DNA of 64,000 bases. Source: Bacillales bacterium. Its GTDB lineage: Bacteria; Bacillota_I; Bacilli_A; Izemoplasmatales; UBA1188. The notes below the pieces were generated by a model. It was not told the DNA's origin. It saw only the letters and a list, made by a program, of their open reading frames with translations, and did not search any database. The stretch covers positions 14,503 to 78,502 of the forward strand of contig JAEEXP010000001.1 of the NCBI GenBank assembly GCA_016287865.1. Direction: 5' to 3'. Positions within the stretch are counted from its first letter, which is position 1. Each line of letters starts with the position of its first letter. Shown here piece after piece: positions 18,753 through 27,341 of the stretch. Made by a program: the position numbers and the translations under genes.

Positions 18753-19082
18753 ATGGCCATAGAATTACCTTATCCATATAATAGAATTGTCGATGATGAT
18801 TATACAAAAGACATATATATCAACATAGAAAACTATGGCGAATTTAGATGCGAAAAGATCGCACGATTTGTGAAGTGCTCTAGGAAGAATGTCATCACAT
18901 ATCTAATTGTTGAACCAAAAGATATTAAAGGCCTTGAAGAAGGAAGTGTATACGTTGTTAAAATCGTTAACGATAAAAAAGGTATTCGCTACTCATTCGC
19001 AAATAGAAGATGGTCTCGTATAATTATGGGTTGGTACTTTGAAGAAATCGAAGATAGTAGTGATGAAGAAATAGAGGGTTAG
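18753..19082 (+). CDS. hypothetical protein (109 aa), coupled to ltaE
   Basis: ATG 1 nt after the ltaE stop. Acidic C-terminus. No domain recognised. Confidence 0.45.
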   Translation: MAIELPYPYNRIVDDDYTKDIYINIENYGEFRCEKIARFVKCSRKNVITYLIVEPKDIKGLEEGSVYVVKIVNDKKGIRYSFANRRWSRIIMGWYFEEIEDSSDEEIEG

Positions 19083-19102
19083 GATAATTCCTAACCTTTT
19101 TA
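19076..19102 (+). terminator. rho-independent terminator
   Basis: GGGTTAGGA-TAATT-CCTAACC hairpin followed by TTTTT. Overlaps the stop codon. Confidence 0.8.
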
Positions 19103-19201
19103 TTTACTTAATTATTAATAATTGTGTAGTAAAAATTATTAAATTGTGATATTATAATATCAGTATTTAACAATAATACATACACAAATGGAGGAATACT
19201 A

Positions 19202-19864
19202 ATGGAAAGAACAATTTATCACGGCAGCGAATACATAATTGAAAAACCAGAACACTTAAAAGGTAATCCTCATAATGATTATGGATTAGGATTTTATTGC
19301 TCTACAAATTTTGAACTCGCAAAAGAATGGGCCGCAAGAAAAAGTGGCCATGGTTATGTAAATAAATACACAATTAGAGATGATAGATTAAAAATATTAG
19401 ATTTAACTAAGCCTCCATTTGATAATATTCTTTATTGGATTAGTCTCCTTATGTTTAATAGAACCATTTCAAACGACATTAAAAACAATTATCCTAGAGA
19501 AATGGAATATTTAAAAACTAATTATTTAATTAATGTTAATGATTATGACATAGTGATTGGCTATAGAGCAGATGATAGTTATTTCCGTTTTCCTGAAGCT
19601 TTTATTAGGAGCGAAATAACAATTGAATCTCTCAATACAATTTTTAAATCAGGTGATCTTGGAAAACAATATGTCTTAATTTCAAAAAAAGCTTTTAACT
19701 TACTTAAGTTTGTTGAATATAAAGAAGTCACAAAAGAAAGCAAAGAAGACTATTATAAAAGAAAAGAAAAGGCAGATAAGGTATTTACTGAATTGTTAAA
19801 TAAAGATAGATACTCAAAGGAATTAAGATTAAGGGATTTGGTGATTGAAGATGATAGATTATGA
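19202..19864 (+). CDS. DUF3990-like protein
   Basis: The N-terminus MERTIYHGSEYIIEKPE...NDYGLGFYCSTNFELAKEWA is the pattern I recognise as DUF3990 (conserved FY). GGAGG RBS upstream. 220 aa with a charged helical tail. Confidence 0.6.
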   Translation: MERTIYHGSEYIIEKPEHLKGNPHNDYGLGFYCSTNFELAKEWAARKSGHGYVNKYTIRDDRLKILDLTKPPFDNILYWISLLMFNRTISNDIKNNYPREMEYLKTNYLINVNDYDIVIGYRADDSYFRFPEAFIRSEITIESLNTIFKSGDLGKQYVLISKKAFNLLKFVEYKEVTKESKEDYYKRKEKADKVFTELLNKDRYSKELRLRDLVIEDDRL

Positions 19865-20447
19865 TTTATATAAGATAAAAGATATATTCGCAAGAATGTT
19901 TGTGATTGGCATTCAAAACAAAATTAACTTATATTCTTTTTCATCTGCACTTGAAAGAAGCGAGTTTGTAAACTGCATTGAAAAAGATACATATTCTGAA
20001 TTATTTAATCAACCACTAGAAGATATCTTTTATTCAATAACTGAAAACAAAGTAGAAAAAGATGAAAGCTATGGAATATATAATGATGCATATTGGGCAG
20101 GTAAATGTTATTTTGATTTACACACAACTTTAAATAAAACATTCGCATATTTATTTTTAAAGCTTCCAATAGATAAAATGTTAGACTTATATCCTGTATA
20201 TCATGAAATGGATTTTAGTTCACTTGTTGAATACTTTAAGCAAATAGAAGAAGAAACCACAATTCTTAAAACTTTATGCGAAGAGAAAAAAGTAACTTTA
20301 ACTGAAGTGTCTAAAAAGACCGGGATTAATATTAACACATTAAGAAAATATTATAGGAGCGATGTATCGTTATATAAAGCTGAGTTCCAAAATATTGCAA
20401 AGATAGTTGAGTATTTTGATACCACTTTCTTACTTTTTATAAATTAG
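19851..20447 (+). CDS. DUF3791-like helical domain fused to C-terminal XRE-type HTH
   Basis: Overlaps the upstream ORF by 14 nt (20 nt if the TTG at 19845 is the start). C-terminal HTH is KKVTLTEVSKKTGININTLRKYYRSD. The N-terminal region (YPVYHEMDFSSLVEYF) resembles the DUF3791 partners usually found beside DUF3990 genes. Confidence 0.5.
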   Translation: MIDYDLYKIKDIFARMFVIGIQNKINLYSFSSALERSEFVNCIEKDTYSELFNQPLEDIFYSITENKVEKDESYGIYNDAYWAGKCYFDLHTTLNKTFAYLFLKLPIDKMLDLYPVYHEMDFSSLVEYFKQIEEETTILKTLCEEKKVTLTEVSKKTGININTLRKYYRSDVSLYKAEFQNIAKIVEYFDTTFLLFIN

Positions 20448-20452
20448 GTATT

Positions 20453-20476
20453 AGAGCGCCATCTGGCGCTTTTAAT
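20453..20476 (+). terminator. rho-independent terminator
   Basis: AGAGCGCC-ATCT-GGCGCTTT hairpin plus T-rich tail. Confidence 0.8.
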
Positions 20477-20545
20477 ATATTTTGTTTGCTTTTTTATTCT
20501 GTTTATGATATCCTAATCTGCTAAACGCAAAAAGGAGTTTAGGAA

Positions 20546-21493
20546 ATGGAAAACAATAAAAAAGTATTTAACGAAATATTACAAACAATCAAAGATTATA
20601 AGAAAATTATAATCATAAGACACAAGGGTCCTGACTATGATGCATATGGAAGTCAATTTGGATTATATTATGCTTTAAAAGAGAATTTTAAAGATAAAGA
20701 AATATTAATCGCTGGTGATGATAACGCTAATAATTTCTACAATAGACCTATGGATGATGTAAAAGAAGAAGACTATAATGGAGCTTTATTAATCTTAGTA
20801 GATCAATCATCTGTTGGAATGCTTAATGATTTAAATTATAGACTCGCAGATAAGATTATCATCATGGATCACCATGAATCTAACCCAGATTTCGGTGATG
20901 TTATTATTATTACTCCAACATATTCAAGTGCCGCAGAACTTATAACTGAATTCTTATATGAAACTAATTTAACTATTCCAAAAGTAAGTGCGGATGCTTT
21001 ATATATTGGTATGGTTGGTGATTCAAATAGATTCTTCTATAAAGGTACTACATCAAACACATTCTTAATGGCTAAAGTATTACTCGATGCTGGAGCTGAT
21101 ATTATTACAGATTATAAACTTATGGTTAAGGATGAATCTGAAGGATTTAAAAAGATTAAAGGATATGTTCTTGAGAACTTTACTTTAAATAATAAAGTGG
21201 CATCAGTAGTTATTCCAAAAGAAATTAGAAACAAATATGGAATCACAGATGCTCAAGCATCTCGTGGTACAATCAATATGCTCGCAACTCTCGAAAACTG
21301 CGAAGCTTGGGTAAATTTCACAGAGAAAGATGACGGTGAAGCTTTCGTAGAAATAAGAAGTAAAGAGATTCCTGTTGTTGATGTAGCTAAGAGTTTTGGT
21401 GGTGGAGGACACGAACTTGCATGTGGTGCCACTATCGCAACGCTTGACTTAAAAGATGAGTTTGTGAGAAGATTAGAAGAGAAGGTAAATTAA
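20546..21493 (+). CDS. nrnA: DHH/DHHA1 phosphoesterase (NrnA-like nanoRNase / pAp phosphatase), copy 1
   Basis: Motifs RHKGPDYDAYGS, IIMDHHESN (DHH) and GGGGHELACGA (DHHA1). 315 aa. Confidence 0.8.
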   Translation: MENNKKVFNEILQTIKDYKKIIIIRHKGPDYDAYGSQFGLYYALKENFKDKEILIAGDDNANNFYNRPMDDVKEEDYNGALLILVDQSSVGMLNDLNYRLADKIIIMDHHESNPDFGDVIIITPTYSSAAELITEFLYETNLTIPKVSADALYIGMVGDSNRFFYKGTTSNTFLMAKVLLDAGADIITDYKLMVKDESEGFKKIKGYVLENFTLNNKVASVVIPKEIRNKYGITDAQASRGTINMLATLENCEAWVNFTEKDDGEAFVEIRSKEIPVVDVAKSFGGGGHELACGATIATLDLKDEFVRRLEEKVN

Positions 21494-21494
21494 A

Positions 21495-22436
21495 ATGACA
21501 ATATATCAAGAGATTTGGAAAACAATTAAGAAATACGATAATATCATTATCACAACTCATATTAGAGCCGATGGCGACTGTGTAGGTTCAGGTATTGGCC
21601 TAAGAGAAATCATTAAAGCTACATATCCAGAAAAGAATGTTAAGTGTATTCATGAAAATGTTGGTTACTTATCTTTCCTTGGTAAGAGTGATGAAGCAAC
21701 TGATGAAGAATTTAAGAATGCATTAGTAATTAGTGTAGACTGCGCAGATATCGGTCGTGCAGTTGACCCTAGACTTACTACTGGTCTTGATTTAATTAAG
21801 ATTGACCACCACCCAAACAGAAACCCATTTGGTCGTAAGATCAATTTTGTTCAAGATGAAATGTGCGCATGCGCAGAAATGATCTTTGATTTATATTTTG
21901 TAAATAAAAAAGCTAAGATTTCTAAATTAGGTGCTGAAGCTTTATTCACAGGAATTGTAACTGATAGTGGTAGATTTAAATATTCTGGAGTTACTGGAGA
22001 TACAATGAAGAAGATTGGTATCATGTATGAACTTGGTATCGACGCTCAAAAGATTTACGTTGAACTTGAAAAAGTATCTTTAGATGAACTTAACTTCAAG
22101 GGTTACGTTATGATGAATACTATGCAAACTCCAAATGGTGTATTATACGTTAAGCTTAATGAAGAAATCAGAAATAAGTTTAATGTATCATATGATGAAG
22201 CATCTAATATGGTTAACGCATTAAGCGGAGTTGAGGGACATCCTATTTGGATTTTAATCAATGAATTTAGCGCTGATGAAATTAGATGTAGAGTTAGATC
22301 ACAAGGAATTGTGATTAATGATGTAGCTGAAAAGTTTGGTGGAGGCGGACACGCTAACGCATCAGGTATAATCGTTAAGGATTATGCTACAGTAGACGCT
22401 ATTTTAGCTGCTTTAGATGAAAAGCTAAAAAAATAA
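21495..22436 (+). CDS. DHH/DHHA1 phosphoesterase (NrnA-like), copy 2
   Basis: Motifs HIRADGDCVGS, KIDHHPN and GGGGHANASG. 313 aa. Starts 1 nt after copy 1. Confidence 0.8.
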   Translation: MTIYQEIWKTIKKYDNIIITTHIRADGDCVGSGIGLREIIKATYPEKNVKCIHENVGYLSFLGKSDEATDEEFKNALVISVDCADIGRAVDPRLTTGLDLIKIDHHPNRNPFGRKINFVQDEMCACAEMIFDLYFVNKKAKISKLGAEALFTGIVTDSGRFKYSGVTGDTMKKIGIMYELGIDAQKIYVELEKVSLDELNFKGYVMMNTMQTPNGVLYVKLNEEIRNKFNVSYDEASNMVNALSGVEGHPIWILINEFSADEIRCRVRSQGIVINDVAEKFGGGGHANASGIIVKDYATVDAILAALDEKLKK

Positions 22437-22493
22437 TAAAAAAATTTCAAACGATTTATATACTTTTTGAGTACTATTTGTTAGGAGGACCTT

Positions 22494-24227
22494 ATGAAAA
22501 AACAAATAGTACTTTTATTTTTAATGTTTTTTACATTACTTTTTTCTATGCCTAATATAAACGCAAAGGCATATGAAATCGAAAACTCTATTACATCAGA
22601 TAGAGTAATTTATTCATCTGGATATAACACTTTAGACATTAATGATTTTATAGTTAATGGCAAAACTATTGTCACAGCTCATTCAATGTATGTAGGTGAT
22701 GCTTATCAAAACACAGTGATAGTTAGATTTTGTGATACTTATTATAATGAAAGATTAAAGTATAAAGTTCACTGCTTTGATGTTGATGGTTACTATATTA
22801 AAACATTTGAGGGAGACTACAATACCCCAACTTGTGAGGTTGGCTTATATTCCGATGGAATAGCTTATGCCGCAGAATCATTTGTACTACCTATCAGTAC
22901 TTTTTCAGTAATTCTTGAAGCTGTGTATTATAATAATGACTTCATAAATAATAATTATGGCAATTTAAAACTGATTAAAGGACCGTATTATGCTCCATAT
23001 AATGCTGATGCTGCACTAGATGATTTAATATTTCAAAAGATTGATGGAAGATTAGTAAATATCACAAATAAAGATGTTTCAATAAACATTATTTATCCTA
23101 ATGTCTTAAGCCAAAACGATTTTAAAAATATGATTAAAGCTTATGATGGAAATAATGCGAGTGAATACGAAGGAATCAGTATTGAATTTGATTATGATAG
23201 TTATCTATCTTTTTCAAAAAGCGTTGGAAAACACTCACTCACGTTTAGTGCGAGTGATGAATACGGAAACACGTCTACTTTAAATGCTAGTGTAAATATT
23301 ATTGATAATGAAAAACCATATTTATCAGGACCATCATCATTTAAATATCCAATAAATACTGAATTAAGTGAAGCAACCATTAAAGAAAAATATAGTGCTT
23401 CAGATAATTATGATGGTGATATATCAAATAAGATTATAATTAGTCCTGAATACACTCAAATATCAAATGAAATTAAGAATGAAACAATTACTATTTCAGT
23501 AACTGACTCATCAAACAACACCACAACTAAATCAGTAACTATAGAATTCTATGATAATATCTCTCCAGTAATTGAATCACCAGATGAAATCACTGTGAGT
23601 TATCAAGTTAACCTATCTTTAGTAGATATTATTAGAAACTCTTTAAGAGTTACTGATAATATAGATTCAAATGTAAACACAGATATCTATTCTCTTGATA
23701 CTGGTTTAGATATTTATAAACCGATAAGAGCTGTGGGTGAATATGAATTGCATATAAAAGCCAAAGATAATAGTAATAATGAAACAACCAAATCAGTTAA
23801 AGTAATTATAGAAGATAAGATACCACCAGTTATTTTTATTGATAATAATTTTGTAGAGCTTACCAGTGGTGTTGATGTATCTATTGAAGATTTAACAAAT
23901 CTACTTTATGCGAACGGAACTTTAAAGAAAGGCAAGCACTATAAAGCCAAAGTTTTAACTGACACATATAGTTCTCATAAAGAAATAGATGGAGTATATC
24001 ATCTTGTAATTGAATATGAAGATGGAGAAGATATAATTTCTCAAGAATTTAATATAAAGGTTAAATCTAATTTATATACTGTAGAAGTATATTCACCACC
24101 AGCTATAAATAAAACAACAATTATAATTATTATTCTTTCGTCTGTTTTGGTTATTTTTACGACCATAATTGTAATATTAACCATTAGAAACAAAAGAAGA
24201 AACAAGGAATCTAATGGTGAACTATAA
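22494..24227 (+). CDS. secreted, C-terminally membrane-anchored surface protein with tandem Ig-like (DUF5011/HYR-like) repeats
   Basis: Signal peptide ending NINAKA-YE. At least three repeats end in D.S/Y.N.(S/T)T...V.(I/V)...D(N/K)..P (aa about 190-445). C-terminal TM TTIIIIILSSVLVIFTTIIVILTI plus RNKRRNK stop-transfer. No LPXTG. Confidence 0.6.
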   Translation: MKKQIVLLFLMFFTLLFSMPNINAKAYEIENSITSDRVIYSSGYNTLDINDFIVNGKTIVTAHSMYVGDAYQNTVIVRFCDTYYNERLKYKVHCFDVDGYYIKTFEGDYNTPTCEVGLYSDGIAYAAESFVLPISTFSVILEAVYYNNDFINNNYGNLKLIKGPYYAPYNADAALDDLIFQKIDGRLVNITNKDVSINIIYPNVLSQNDFKNMIKAYDGNNASEYEGISIEFDYDSYLSFSKSVGKHSLTFSASDEYGNTSTLNASVNIIDNEKPYLSGPSSFKYPINTELSEATIKEKYSASDNYDGDISNKIIISPEYTQISNEIKNETITISVTDSSNNTTTKSVTIEFYDNISPVIESPDEITVSYQVNLSLVDIIRNSLRVTDNIDSNVNTDIYSLDTGLDIYKPIRAVGEYELHIKAKDNSNNETTKSVKVIIEDKIPPVIFIDNNFVELTSGVDVSIEDLTNLLYANGTLKKGKHYKAKVLTDTYSSHKEIDGVYHLVIEYEDGEDIISQEFNIKVKSNLYTVEVYSPPAINKTTIIIIILSSVLVIFTTIIVILTIRNKRRNKESNGEL

Positions 24228-25045
24228 TGAAAGAAATTATAGTAAAAGATAAAGTAATTAATATCACAGGCATAAGAGACGATGACTATGTATCATTAAC
24301 TGATATTGCAAAATTGAAAAGCGAAGATTCATATCAAACAATTGTAAACTGGTTAAGAAAAGTTGATACACTAAACTATTTAAAATTATGGGAAACAATT
24401 AATAATCCATCTTTTAAACCTTTCGATTTCGAAGGGTTTAAAAGTAAACCAGGAGAAAATGCTTTTGCAATAAATCCAAAACAATGGATAGAATTAACTA
24501 ACGCAATAGGAATCAAAGTTAAATCTGGAAGATATGGCGGAGGAACTTTTGCTCATAGAGATATAGCATTAGAGTTTGCAAGTTGGATATCGCCAGAGGT
24601 TAAATTATATATAATTAAAGAATTCCAACGTTTAAAGTTAGAAGAAAATGAACAAATAGAATGGAACAATAGTAGAATTCAATCTAAGATCAATTATCTA
24701 ATACATACCACTGCGATAAAAGAATACTTAGTACCTATAGAACTCACTAATGAACAGAAACACTATATTTATGCATCTGAAGCCGATATGCTTAATGTCG
24801 CTCTTTTTGGACTCAGAGCTAAAGAATGGGAGAAATTAAATCCCAATAAGAAAGGTAATATGAGAGACTATGCATCTGCCATAGAACTTTATATATTGTC
24901 TAATCTTGAATATCACAATTCTTTACTTATAAAAGAAGGAATGAATCAAAGCGAAAGACTAGTTATATTAAATGAATCTGCTAATAAACAAAAAGAATTA
25001 TTTAATAAAAATAATGTTAAATTTGTAGAACACAAAACTATATAA
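24227..25045 (+). CDS. KilA-N domain-containing protein
   Basis: YVSLTDIAK...NWLR...GGTFAHRDIALEFASWISPEVKLYIIKEF is the KilA-N DNA-binding domain signature. Its ATG overlaps the upstream stop (TAATG). Confidence 0.7.
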   Translation: MKEIIVKDKVINITGIRDDDYVSLTDIAKLKSEDSYQTIVNWLRKVDTLNYLKLWETINNPSFKPFDFEGFKSKPGENAFAINPKQWIELTNAIGIKVKSGRYGGGTFAHRDIALEFASWISPEVKLYIIKEFQRLKLEENEQIEWNNSRIQSKINYLIHTTAIKEYLVPIELTNEQKHYIYASEADMLNVALFGLRAKEWEKLNPNKKGNMRDYASAIELYILSNLEYHNSLLIKEGMNQSERLVILNESANKQKELFNKNNVKFVEHKTI

Positions 25046-25077
25046 TATTTTATCTTTTTAACCCCATATATATTTAA

Positions 25078-25106
25078 TTGTTTAGATTAAATATTTATGA
25101 TATAAT
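25078..25106 (+). promoter_or_regulatory. sigma-A type promoter of the EF-G paralogue
   Basis: TTGTTT (25078-25083), 17-nt spacer containing TG, then TATAAT (25101-25106), i.e. extended -10 TGATATAAT. Confidence 0.5.
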
Positions 25107-25147
25107 TTTTCTTGGTAAAATATTTTTTTATATATTAGGAGATAAAC

Positions 25148-27166
25148 ATGAATTTTCAAAAAGAAAACATTAGAAACATCGCAGTAGTGGGCGGTATGGG
25201 TGTTGGAAAAACTACACTTGTAGAATCTATTGCCTTAGAATGCGGAGTGATTTCAAAGAAAGGAGAAGTTGAAAGAGGAAATACATTATCTGACTTTTCA
25301 CAAGAAGAAATTAACCATCATTACAGTATTTCTGCATCACTTATTCCAGTAGTACACCAAAATACAAAGATCAATTTCATTGATTTCCCTGGAATGAATG
25401 AATTTGTTCAAGATTTATATAATGATTTAGCAGTATGTTCTGGTGCCATTTTAGTTATTGATGCTACAAAAGGTGTAGATGTTCAAGCTAAGAGTTATTA
25501 CAGAGTATTAAAGGAAAAGGAAGTCCCTACATTAATTTTAGTTACTAAAGTTGATAAAGAAAACGTAGACTTCGATGCGCTTGTTGCTAATCTTCAAGCT
25601 AAGTTTGGTTCAAGTGTTGTTCCATTTATGTATCCAGAAGGTGGAAAGAATAACTTTAAAGGTTTCACTAACGTATTAACAAAGAAAGCATTTATTGGTG
25701 GAGCTGAAAGTGATTCTACAAATGATACAGCTTTAGCTTTATACGATAAGATTATCGAAGAAGCAGCTGGCCAAGATGATGAATTAATGGAAAAATTCTT
25801 TGGTGGTGAAGAACTCACTCAAGAAGAAGTATTAAAAGGTGTTAAAGCTGGTCTTGCATCAGATTCACTTACTCCTGTTGCTTTAGCTGATTCAGTTCAC
25901 AATGTTGGTGTTAAAGAATTATTAAACTTAGTAGTATCTTTATTCCCTACTATGGCTGAAGTTAAACCTCTTAAGGCTTCAGAAGAATTAAAGTATGATG
26001 AAACTAAACCATTCGTTGGTTATGTATTTAAAACTACAGTTGACCCATTCATCGGTACAATCTCTTATGTACTCGTTGTAAATGGTACACTTAAAGTTGG
26101 TCAAGAAATCGTTGTTAAAGGCAACACAGAAAAAGTAAACCAAACAGCTATGATTTGTGGTAAGAACCAAACTTCTTATGATGTAGCTAATGCTGGTGAT
26201 ATCGTTATTATTTCTAAGCTTTCAAGTCTTGAAACTGGTTTAACATTAAATGATAAATCTAGAAATGTAGTTATCGAAAGACCTGAAGCACCAAAACCAA
26301 CTTACTTTAGAGCTATCCTTCCTAAGTCTAAGAACGATGAAGATAAATTATCAGGCGCACTCCAAAAGTTAGCTCTTGAAGATCAAACATTCGAAGTTAT
26401 TAGAAACAAGGAAACAAAACAACAATTAATCGGTGGTCAAGGTTCAGTCCACATTGATACATTAATTGAAAAGATGAAAGGATTAAAGGTAGAAGTTACT
26501 ACTGAAGATCAAAAGATTGTATATAGAGAAGCTTTAAGAAGCACATGCCAAGCTGAAGGTAGATACGTTAAGCAATCTGGTGGTGCTGGTTACTATGGTG
26601 TAGTAGTAATGAAGTTTGAACCATGCCAAGAAGATTCATTCTGGAGTGAAGAAATCTTCGGTGGATCAGTTCCTAAAAACTACTTCCCACCAATTGAAAA
26701 AGGTTTCTTTGAAGCTCTTGAAAATGGTCCACTCGCTGGATTCCCAGTTATTAATGTTCACGGTACACTCCTTGATGGTAAATACCATCCAGTAGATTCA
26801 AACGAACTTGCATTCAAGAACGCAGCTAAAGAAGCATTCAAGAACGCAACTAAGGATGCTAGAAAGGTTATCCTTGAACCAATTATGAAAGTTGATGTAA
26901 GAGTATCTGATGATTACGTTGGTAACATCTTATCAGACGTATCTAAGAGAAGAGGTAGAGTTCTTGGTATGAACAAAGTAGGAGACTACACAGTAGTTAA
27001 CTGCGAAATGCCAGAAGCTGAAATCATTAACTACAATATTGACCTTAAGGCAATGACTCAAGGTGATGGTTCATTTACAAGAGAATTCGTAAGATACGAA
27101 GACGTACCTTCTAACGTAGCTGAAAAGATCATTAAAGCTGCTCAAGCTGAAGCAGCTAACAACTAA
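25148..27166 (+). CDS. elongation factor G paralogue with divergent G domain (EF-G II-like)
   Basis: 672 aa with full EF-G domain order, including the domain IV tip (DGKYHPVDSNELAFKNAAKEAF). P-loop is GGMGVGKTT, G3 is DFPGMNEF instead of DTPGHVDF, and G4 is TKVD. Confidence 0.8.
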   Translation: MNFQKENIRNIAVVGGMGVGKTTLVESIALECGVISKKGEVERGNTLSDFSQEEINHHYSISASLIPVVHQNTKINFIDFPGMNEFVQDLYNDLAVCSGAILVIDATKGVDVQAKSYYRVLKEKEVPTLILVTKVDKENVDFDALVANLQAKFGSSVVPFMYPEGGKNNFKGFTNVLTKKAFIGGAESDSTNDTALALYDKIIEEAAGQDDELMEKFFGGEELTQEEVLKGVKAGLASDSLTPVALADSVHNVGVKELLNLVVSLFPTMAEVKPLKASEELKYDETKPFVGYVFKTTVDPFIGTISYVLVVNGTLKVGQEIVVKGNTEKVNQTAMICGKNQTSYDVANAGDIVIISKLSSLETGLTLNDKSRNVVIERPEAPKPTYFRAILPKSKNDEDKLSGALQKLALEDQTFEVIRNKETKQQLIGGQGSVHIDTLIEKMKGLKVEVTTEDQKIVYREALRSTCQAEGRYVKQSGGAGYYGVVVMKFEPCQEDSFWSEEIFGGSVPKNYFPPIEKGFFEALENGPLAGFPVINVHGTLLDGKYHPVDSNELAFKNAAKEAFKNATKDARKVILEPIMKVDVRVSDDYVGNILSDVSKRRGRVLGMNKVGDYTVVNCEMPEAEIINYNIDLKAMTQGDGSFTREFVRYEDVPSNVAEKIIKAAQAEAANN

Positions 27167-27184
27167 TTTATAAAATTATAAAAA

Positions 27185-27209
27185 TAGAGGCTTTCGGGCC
27201 TCTTTTTTA
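27185..27209 (+). terminator. rho-independent terminator
   Basis: AGAGGC-TTTCGG-GCCTCT hairpin followed by TTTTTT. Confidence 0.85.
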
Positions 27210-27245
27210 TGTATTTTATGGTAAATTATAGATAAAGTAGTGTTT

Positions 27246-27313
27246 TGCAACCGAAAGTTGCGTCACTTTCAAACTAGATTTGGTGGTACGCAACCGACGC
27301 AACTTGCTATAAT
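27246..27313 (+). promoter_or_regulatory. promoter with repeated (C/T)GCAAC operator-like elements upstream of the XRE gene
   Basis: TGCAAC at 27246-27251, inverted copy GTTGCG at 27257-27262, CGCAAC at 27289-27294 and at 27298-27303. The last copy abuts the extended -10 TGCTATAAT (27306-27313). Confidence 0.45.
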
Positions 27314-27341
27314 TGAAGCGTAAATTAAGGAGGAAAAACTT

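Noticed and set aside
22494-25147. Possible prophage remnant around the KilA-N gene
   Set aside because: There is no integrase, repressor/antirepressor pair, structural or lysis gene, and no att-like repeats were seen. Only the single KilA-N domain is phage-associated.
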